Part shown: positions 25,585 to 31,194 of the stretch, in pieces | How positions within the stretch are numbered: position 1 is the stretch's first letter | How the letters are laid out: every line of letters starts with the position of its first letter | NCBI RefSeq assembly: GCF_008065095.1 | Contig: NZ_CP042911.1 | Location: forward strand, 3,810,001-3,842,000 | Length of the DNA: 32,000 nt | Direction of reading: 5' to 3' | Origin: Gemmata obscuriglobus | Lineage (GTDB): Bacteria; Planctomycetota; Planctomycetia; Gemmatales; Gemmataceae | Notes under the pieces: model-generated | What the model saw: the letters and a program-made list of their open reading frames with translations, nothing else | Told to the model about the DNA's origin: nothing | Databases searched by the model: none | Made by a program: the position numbers and the translations under genes

Positions 25585-25909
25585 GCCGGTGTTCCTGCCA
25601 TCAGTACCATAGGGGCCGAGAGGTTAGCTGTGGGCTCGCATCGGGAGTGCCGTGCGAGGGGGCGGTCGCACGAAGGGGTGTAATGGGGTGAAAACGCCGC
25701 CACCGCTTCAACGCCGCCGGCACGTGATTCTCCGAACGAGTTCGGCCGCGAGTTACCGCCGCTCCGGGCGTCACTTTCGGGCGCTCGGTTCGGCGGTGTG
25801 CTTCAAAACTGAGTCGTGTCGGGGGCTATGCGGCCTTCTGAGATACCGGGTGTGATGGGGTAAGGCACTGCTGGTGGGTACGCTGACGGCACAGAAGTGG
25901 GGGGTACGA

Positions 25910-25953
25910 CTGACCGTTCGCTACCCATCCGCTGACGGTTCGCTCCCCATCCG
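25910..25953 (+). repeat. 22-nt tandem direct repeat (2 copies, 20/22 identical) in the non-coding gap
   Basis: CTGACCGTTCGCTACCCATCCG (25910-25931) and CTGACGGTTCGCTCCCCATCCG (25932-25953). Partial copies: CTGACGG at 25883-25889 and CTG at 25954. Confidence 0.6.
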
Positions 25954-26175
25954 CTGCCAGCGAATCGCCCGCATGACCCATAGATCCGGACCGACCTCGC
26001 GGGCAGAGATGGCTCAAGAGACATGGGAACCGTGGGACAATCGCGCGAAACCGCGGCCGCATGGCGGCAAATTGCCACTGCCGAATGGCGCCCAAATCTA
26101 TGGTCGCCAAGTTCTGCCGGTGGGAGGCGCCGGGCGATTAACCGGAACTTCGGGGCGTCCCGGTTTCTGCCCGCT

Positions 26176-26358
26176 TTGCGAGCGAGGTTGCGAGTGTTGG
26201 AGGCTGTCGGTGTTGAAGTTGCGAGCAGGAATTTGTTGGGCGCGTAACAAAGTGTAACATTGGACTGATCGCTCTCGGATTTTTCCCTGTTGCGTGTTGG
26301 CGGCCCTCTGGCGGGTCGTCAGAATGGCAGACGAATTGACGCCCGCGGCGCTTGCGAG
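26176..26358 (+). promoter_or_regulatory. Four copies of the heptamer TTGCGAG upstream of the 653-aa secreted-protein gene (candidate regulator-binding sites)
   Basis: TTGCGAG occurs at 26176-26182, 26188-26194, 26219-26225 and 26352-26358, all in the same orientation and all in non-coding sequence upstream of ATG 26387. Confidence 0.3.
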
Positions 26359-26386
26359 CACCGCACCCCACGAGGGAGGCCGACCC

Positions 26387-28348
26387 ATGATCCGCCGGTT
26401 GCCGTACCTGTCGCTGTCGCTGGCGGCGATGGTCGGCCTGTTCGCTCTCACGTCCGCGCTCACCGCCCAGCCCACGAGTCCCACCGGGGCCGGCACCAAG
26501 CGGACCCAGGAAGAGAACCTGAAGTTCTACAAGAACTTTTCTGAACAGATGTTGCGTCTCGCCCAGAAGTGGGAGAAGAGCGACAGCGTCGAGGACCGGG
26601 ACCGCGCCAAGACGCTTCGCGCGGCGCTGAAGATCGCGGAGGAGAAGGGCGTCGAGAAGCTGTTCAAGGAACTGATCGAAGGGCTGAACAACAAGAACCT
26701 CGGCGGGAGCGATTTCGAAACGCTGCTCGGGAAAGACAAGAAACTCATTGATGTCCTCACCGAGATCCTCCAACTCCTCGAAACCGAGGACGACGCGGCC
26801 CAGACTCGCGAGAAAATCAAGAAGCTGGAAGCCGCCATCAAGGCCATCAACGAGTTGAAGCGCCGGCAGCAGAACATCCTGGGCCGGACGTTCAACCCGA
26901 AGAGCGACGCGGACCGGCTGGCCAAGGACCAGAGCGACCTGAAGAAGGACACCGCCGCCGTGGCCAAGGCGCTGGACCCCAACGCCAAGCCCGGCGCACC
27001 GAACGCCGGCGCGAAGGAAGACCCGAAGTCGGAGAGCAAGTCCGAGCCCAAGCCCGGCGAAAACACGGCCGAGAACAAGCCCGACACCCAGGAAAACAAG
27101 TCGGAGAACAAGGGCGAGCCGATGGGCGGGATGCCGACGGAGCCGAAGGGCGCTGCCGAAGGCAAACCGATGGGCGGGATGCCGATGGACGGCATGTCGG
27201 GCGGTGAGAAGTCGGCCCCGAAGGACGGGATGGGCGGCGAGCCGAAGGGGGGCGAGCCCAAGCCGATGGGCGCCGCCAATCCGATGAACCCGATGGCCGG
27301 TGGCGAACCCAAGCCGATGGGCGGCGAGGGCAAGCCGCAGGGCGCCGGCAAGGGCGAGAGCAAGCCGTCGGCGGGGCAGCAGGGCGGCGATAGCAAGCCG
27401 ATGGGCGGCGAGGGGATGAGCCCGCCGATGGGCGGCATGGGGCAGCCCAGCCCGGGCGGTTCAAAGGGCGGCGGTCAGCCCCAACCGGGCGGCAGCCCGT
27501 CCCCGCCGCAGGGCGGCAAGAAGGACCCGGCCGCGGAGAGCGTGGAGCAGGCCGTTCCGAGCCAGCAGGAAGCCGAAAACAACATCAAGAAGAACGAGAA
27601 CAAGGACGCGACCAAGAACCAGGACGACGCCATCAAGAAGCTGGAAGCCGCCATCAAAGAACTGGAGGCCCGCCTCAAACAGCTCCGCGAAAAGGAGCTG
27701 GCCAAGCTGCTGTCGAACCTGGAACAGCGCGTCTCCGCGATGATCAAGCTCCAGACCGAGGTGCGCGAGGCCACCAAGAACATTCACGGCACCGTAAAGG
27801 CGCTCGGCGGCAAGGCGGCCGTGGCCGAGATTCAGAAGAGCCAGACGGAAGCCGAGAACGAGAACAAGATCATCGTCATCGCCGATTCCACCCTGAAACT
27901 GATGGAAGGGGAGGGGAGCGCGGTCGTGTTCGCCGGCGTGCTGAAAGAAGTTCGGGGTGACATGGAGGCGATCCAGCGGCGCCTCAACGAGACCCGCGTC
28001 GGCGAGGACACGCAGCAGATCGAACAGGACGTGATCGACCAGCTCAAGCTCATGCAGGAGGCGCTGAAGAAGGCCAAGCAGGATCTGGAGAACAAGCCGA
28101 GCGAGCCGAAACCCAACGACCCGAACGCGAACAAGCCGAACAACAAGCTGCTCGAACTCCTCGCGGAACTGAAGCTGATCAAGTCGCTTCAGGAGCAGGT
28201 GAACAAGCGGACCGTCATGCACAGCAAGGCGGACCCCGGCGAGCAAGCCAAGGACCCGTTGATCCAGACGGAGCTGCAACAGCTCGCCGCCCGGCAAAAG
28301 GTGCTCCAGGACATGCTCCACAAGATCGCGACCGAGGCCAACCAGTAA
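26387..28348 (+). CDS. Secreted coiled-coil protein with central Met/Gly/Pro/Lys-rich low-complexity repeat region, 653 aa
   Basis: ATG 26387 is preceded by a strong SD, GAGGGAGG (26372-26379). Signal peptide MIRRLPYLSLSLAAMVGLFALTSALTAQP. Heptad-like helical segments lie on both sides (KIKKLEAAIKAINELKRRQQ; AIKKLEAAIKELEARLKQLREKELAKL). The central repeats are of the (E/K)PMGG type. Confidence 0.85.
   Translation: MIRRLPYLSLSLAAMVGLFALTSALTAQPTSPTGAGTKRTQEENLKFYKNFSEQMLRLAQKWEKSDSVEDRDRAKTLRAALKIAEEKGVEKLFKELIEGLNNKNLGGSDFETLLGKDKKLIDVLTEILQLLETEDDAAQTREKIKKLEAAIKAINELKRRQQNILGRTFNPKSDADRLAKDQSDLKKDTAAVAKALDPNAKPGAPNAGAKEDPKSESKSEPKPGENTAENKPDTQENKSENKGEPMGGMPTEPKGAAEGKPMGGMPMDGMSGGEKSAPKDGMGGEPKGGEPKPMGAANPMNPMAGGEPKPMGGEGKPQGAGKGESKPSAGQQGGDSKPMGGEGMSPPMGGMGQPSPGGSKGGGQPQPGGSPSPPQGGKKDPAAESVEQAVPSQQEAENNIKKNENKDATKNQDDAIKKLEAAIKELEARLKQLREKELAKLLSNLEQRVSAMIKLQTEVREATKNIHGTVKALGGKAAVAEIQKSQTEAENENKIIVIADSTLKLMEGEGSAVVFAGVLKEVRGDMEAIQRRLNETRVGEDTQQIEQDVIDQLKLMQEALKKAKQDLENKPSEPKPNDPNANKPNNKLLELLAELKLIKSLQEQVNKRTVMHSKADPGEQAKDPLIQTELQQLAARQKVLQDMLHKIATEANQ
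27113..27442 (+). repeat. In-frame low-complexity repeat core encoding (E/K)PMGG-type units
   Basis: The encoded 110 residues contain 15 Met, five PMGG units and one PMGA unit (GEPMGGMPTEP, GKPMGGMPMDGMSGG, EPKPMGAANPMNPMAGG, EPKPMGGEG, SKPMGGEGMSPPMGGMG). The DNA unit AAGCCGATGGGCGG recurs. The wider Lys/Pro/Gly/Glu-rich region spans about 26978-27529. Confidence 0.8.
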
Positions 28349-28442
28349 AGTCGTGAGCCCGCGATGAGGACGGTCGGGCCGGGCGCGAAAGTTGTTGTGT
28401 CCGGCCGAGTTAAAAGGTATGTTGCAGGTGCATCGGTCGCGC

Positions 28443-28458
28443 CGGCACCCGGATTGCT
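28443..28458 (+). promoter_or_regulatory. Candidate sigma-54 (-24/-12) promoter for the 369-aa secreted-protein gene
   Basis: CGGCAC-CCGGA-TTGCT, against the consensus TGGCAC-N5-TTGCW. GG (28444-28445) and GC (28456-28457) are in the canonical 12-nt register. It lies in the 190-nt intergenic spacer, 81 nt upstream of GTG 28539. Confidence 0.55.
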
Positions 28459-28538
28459 TCGATCTTTGAGGAAGCCGCACGCGACCGCCACCGAACGCAG
28501 GTTCTCCGGTCCAATTACCGCCTTCAAGGAGCCTGGAA

Positions 28539-29648
28539 GTGAAGATCCGCAAGCTGTTCGCCGCCGCCGCGGTCTCCGCGGGTTTGGCCGGAACCGTGAC
28601 CCCTGCGTTCGCCGCCGAGCCGAGCGCGAAGCCGACGTTCGGGTTCAGCACGTTGAAGGCCACCCCTGCCGAGGCCGCGAAGGCGCGGGCCGAGGCGTGG
28701 CTCAAGGCGGCCGGCAAGTTCGACGAGAAGGCGTTCAACGCCGTTTGGGAGAACGACAAGCGTACCGTTCTCGACCGCACCGCCGACTCCCTCGCGCTGG
28801 GCAACGCCGAGGTGCAACAGCTCCTCGCCGACGCCCGCAAGAGCGACGCCCCGGCCCCGGCCGCGGTCCCCGCGATTCTGAAGGACGAAAAGCAGGACCC
28901 CTTCTTCCGCGCCAACGTCTCGCTGGCGTTCGCGAAAGCGGCCGCGGGCAAGAAGGTGTACGAAGAGGCCATCGACGCGCTGAAGACCGTGAACCCGGAG
29001 GTCGCGGTCGATCCGGCCAGCTTCTACTTCTTCAAGGCCGTCGCGCACCACGCGACCGCGATGAAGACCGGTGACAAGGAGCAGGCGACCTCCGCCATCG
29101 TCAAGTTGCTCGACGAAGTGGCCGACGCCCCGGACCGCTACAAGATCCTCGCCACGCTCATGTTCTTCGACATGCAGAACTGGGCCAGCGACCCGAAGGA
29201 CCTGTCGAACATCGAGCGGCTGATGGACAACAGCGGCCGCCGGCTCGACCTGGCCCGCGGCGGCGAGAAGACCCAGGACATCCAAAAGAAGATCGTGTTC
29301 CGCCTGGACGAGGTCATCAAGGAACTCGAAGCCAAGGCCAAGGGCGACGGCCAGTGCAAGGGCGGCAACTGCCCGGGCGGCGGCGACAAGCCGGGCAGCA
29401 AGCCCGGCAACGGCAACAACCTGAACCCCAACCAGCCGGCCCCGGACAGCACGATCATGGGCGGCAGCGGCCAGGGCAAGGTGAACGAGCAGGAGCTGCG
29501 CAAGATCGCCGAGCAGTGGGGCAGCCTGCCGGCCGAGAAGCGCGCGAAAGTGGTGCAGGAGATCACCCGCGACCTCCCCGCCAAGTTCGAACCGATGATC
29601 AAGAACTACTTCGAGTCGCTGGACAAGGTCCACGGCTACAAGAAGTAA
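28539..29648 (+). CDS. Secreted protein of unknown function, 369 aa (helical N-terminal part, Gly/Pro/Asn-rich linker with CxxxxC, conserved-looking C-terminal module)
   Basis: GTG 28539 is preceded by AAGGAG (28526-28531). Signal peptide MKIRKLFAAAAVSAGLAGTVTPAFA-AEP. Linker QCKGGNCPGGGDKPGSKPGNGNNLNPNQPAP. C-terminal block EQWGSLPAEKRAKVVQEITRDLPAKFEPMIKNYFESL. Confidence 0.85.
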   Translation: MKIRKLFAAAAVSAGLAGTVTPAFAAEPSAKPTFGFSTLKATPAEAAKARAEAWLKAAGKFDEKAFNAVWENDKRTVLDRTADSLALGNAEVQQLLADARKSDAPAPAAVPAILKDEKQDPFFRANVSLAFAKAAAGKKVYEEAIDALKTVNPEVAVDPASFYFFKAVAHHATAMKTGDKEQATSAIVKLLDEVADAPDRYKILATLMFFDMQNWASDPKDLSNIERLMDNSGRRLDLARGGEKTQDIQKKIVFRLDEVIKELEAKAKGDGQCKGGNCPGGGDKPGSKPGNGNNLNPNQPAPDSTIMGGSGQGKVNEQELRKIAEQWGSLPAEKRAKVVQEITRDLPAKFEPMIKNYFESLDKVHGYKK

Positions 29649-29660
29649 GACCGACTTCCC

Positions 29661-29684
29661 GCGCCGGCCCCACCGGGCCGGCGC
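29661..29684 (+). terminator. Perfect 10-bp all-G/C hairpin after the 369-aa gene stop (terminator-like, no U-tract)
   Basis: GCGCCGGCCC-CACC-GGGCCGGCGC, starting 13 nt after the TAA at 29646-29648. Confidence 0.45.
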
Positions 29685-29746
29685 CAGGAGGGCTCAAATC
29701 CATGCGATCCGGTATGATCCCCGCGCCAGTTTGATACCCGATACGA

Positions 29747-29777
29747 GGGCGGTGGGTGCTTCTGGCGCCCACCGCCC
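29747..29777 (+). promoter_or_regulatory. Second strong hairpin in the same spacer, 39 nt upstream of the NPCBM-protein start (5'-UTR structure or second terminator)
   Basis: GGGCGGTGGG pairs with CCCACCGCCC (10 bp). The stem can extend by a G-U pair and GC/GC around the loop TTCTG. CTTTCCGTT follows. Confidence 0.35.
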
Positions 29778-29815
29778 CTTTCCGTTCAAGTCCGCACCCG
29801 CGAGGAGCACCTTTG

Positions 29816-31075
29816 ATGCGCACCCCGACCCGTATCCCCGCGCTGCTGCTGGGCCTCGTGGGTCTTGCAACAGCGGGCACGCCAGCCGGTGCGGACGACC
29901 TCACCACCGCGGGCGGAAAGAAGCTTAGCGGTAAGCTCGTCGCGGTCGAGGCCGACAACATCACCTTCGCGGTCGGCGACAGTAAGGCGGTGATCCCCGT
30001 TCGCGATGTCGTCGTCATCGACCTCGGGAACAAAGTGGGGCTGCTCCCGAAAGACGCCAGCACCTTCTCGGAAATCGAACTGACCGACGGTTCGACGTTC
30101 CGCGTCGCCAAGTTCGCGCTCAAAGACAAGGCGTTCGCGGTCGATCAGTTCCCGGCCCCGGCGGGTGTCGGGTTGCCGAAATTGGATATCCCGGTTTCGG
30201 CCGTGTTCTCGGCGATGAAGCGGGCCGACGACCAGAAGGTGCGGGACAACTGGAAGAAGATGCTGGGCACCCGGGGCAAACGGGACCTTTACGTGATCGC
30301 CCAGGAGACCGGGTTCACGTTCATCCAGGGCACAGTGCTCGGCGGCGGTGCGGACGAGAAGGGGCGCCCGGTCGTGAACTTCGAGAAGGAGGCCGGGGGT
30401 AAGGAAGACCTTTTGCTCACCCGGTCGGCGGGGCTCGTGTTCCACCAGCCGCAGCCCGCCTCGATACCCGCGACACTGTGCAAAGTGACCGACGTGTTCG
30501 GTCACTCGCTCACCGCGGCCAACATCGCCCTCACGCCGGACGGCGTCACGGTGACCACCGTGGCAGGCGTGAAGGTGACGTACCCCTCGACGGCCGCGCT
30601 GGTGCGGTTCGACTACGCGCTCGGGAACGTTGCGTATTTGTCGGACCTCGACCCGCAGCTCGAGGTGCCCGAACTCGCGCCGGAAGAAAAGGGCAAGCGC
30701 CTCAACCAGCCCGCGGCGTACCTTAAAGATCGCTCCTTCGCCAACGAGGCGATCAAGCTCGACAACCAGACCTTCCCGAAGGGTGTCGTGCTGGCGCCGG
30801 ACACGGTTGCCACGTTCAACCTCAACGGCGACTACTCGCAGTTCAAGGCGACGGCCGGCATCGACGAGAACGGGGCGGACGCCTCCGCCGCCGCGCGGGT
30901 CACGATCGAGGGCGACGGGCAGGTGCTCTTTTCCGAACTGCTGAAGCGAAAAGATAAGCCGAAGGGGTTGGTTTTGGCCGTGAAGGGCGTCAAACAGTTG
31001 CGGGTCATTGTCGAGACCGACACGCCGCTGAACGGGAACTACGTCACGCTCGCGGACGCCCGTGTTCAGAAGTAA
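29816..31075 (+). CDS. Secreted NPCBM/NEW2-domain protein, 419 aa
   Basis: ATG 29816 is preceded by GAGGAG (29802-29807). Signal peptide MRTPTRIPALLLGLVGLATAGTPAGA. The C-terminal ~150 aa resemble the NPCBM carbohydrate-binding module (FPKGVVLAPDTVATFNLNGDYSQFKATAGIDENG ... VTIEGDGQVLFSELL ... VKGVKQLRVIVETD ... NGNYVTLADARV). The N-terminal half consists of repeated small beta-rich units. Confidence 0.85.
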   Translation: MRTPTRIPALLLGLVGLATAGTPAGADDLTTAGGKKLSGKLVAVEADNITFAVGDSKAVIPVRDVVVIDLGNKVGLLPKDASTFSEIELTDGSTFRVAKFALKDKAFAVDQFPAPAGVGLPKLDIPVSAVFSAMKRADDQKVRDNWKKMLGTRGKRDLYVIAQETGFTFIQGTVLGGGADEKGRPVVNFEKEAGGKEDLLLTRSAGLVFHQPQPASIPATLCKVTDVFGHSLTAANIALTPDGVTVTTVAGVKVTYPSTAALVRFDYALGNVAYLSDLDPQLEVPELAPEEKGKRLNQPAAYLKDRSFANEAIKLDNQTFPKGVVLAPDTVATFNLNGDYSQFKATAGIDENGADASAAARVTIEGDGQVLFSELLKRKDKPKGLVLAVKGVKQLRVIVETDTPLNGNYVTLADARVQK

Positions 31076-31152
31076 CCGCGACGCGGTCGGGCGGCGGGCG
31101 CCGCGCCGGCCGGTTACGCTTTGAGCCCCACGCGGGGCAACCGTCTGGCAGG

Positions 31153-31179
31153 CAGGGGCTCGCGCCCCTGATGGTTTTT
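31153..31179 (+). terminator. Hairpin plus T5 run (intrinsic-terminator-like) after the NPCBM gene
   Basis: CAGGGGC-TCGC-GCCCCTG, a 7-bp stem with a 4-nt loop (31153-31170), followed by ATGG and TTTTT (31175-31179). Confidence 0.4.
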
Positions 31180-31194
31180 CCGGGGCCGCACCAC

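Noticed and set aside
25932-25960. GGTTCGCTCC followed by ..GCCA, superficially like a tRNA T-arm plus CCA end.
   Set aside because: The flanks do not form a T-stem or an acceptor stem, and there is no D-arm or anticodon arm. The sequence is one copy of the 22-nt tandem repeat.
26025-26120. Fragments reminiscent of a cobalamin riboswitch: GGGAACCGTGGGACAATC, GCCACTG at 26074-26080, CCAAG..TTCTGCCGG.
   Set aside because: The core elements are incomplete: no GGGAAGGC, no full B12 box AGCCAGGAGACCTGCC, and the expected stems do not pair. The downstream gene is not B12-related. An Infernal scan with RF00174 would settle it.
26325-26339. TGGCAG-N5-TTGA as a third sigma-54 promoter.
   Set aside because: The register is correct, but the nearly invariant -12 GC is GA. 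The motif also overlaps an in-frame ATG (26324). I keep it only as a weak note within the gap finding.
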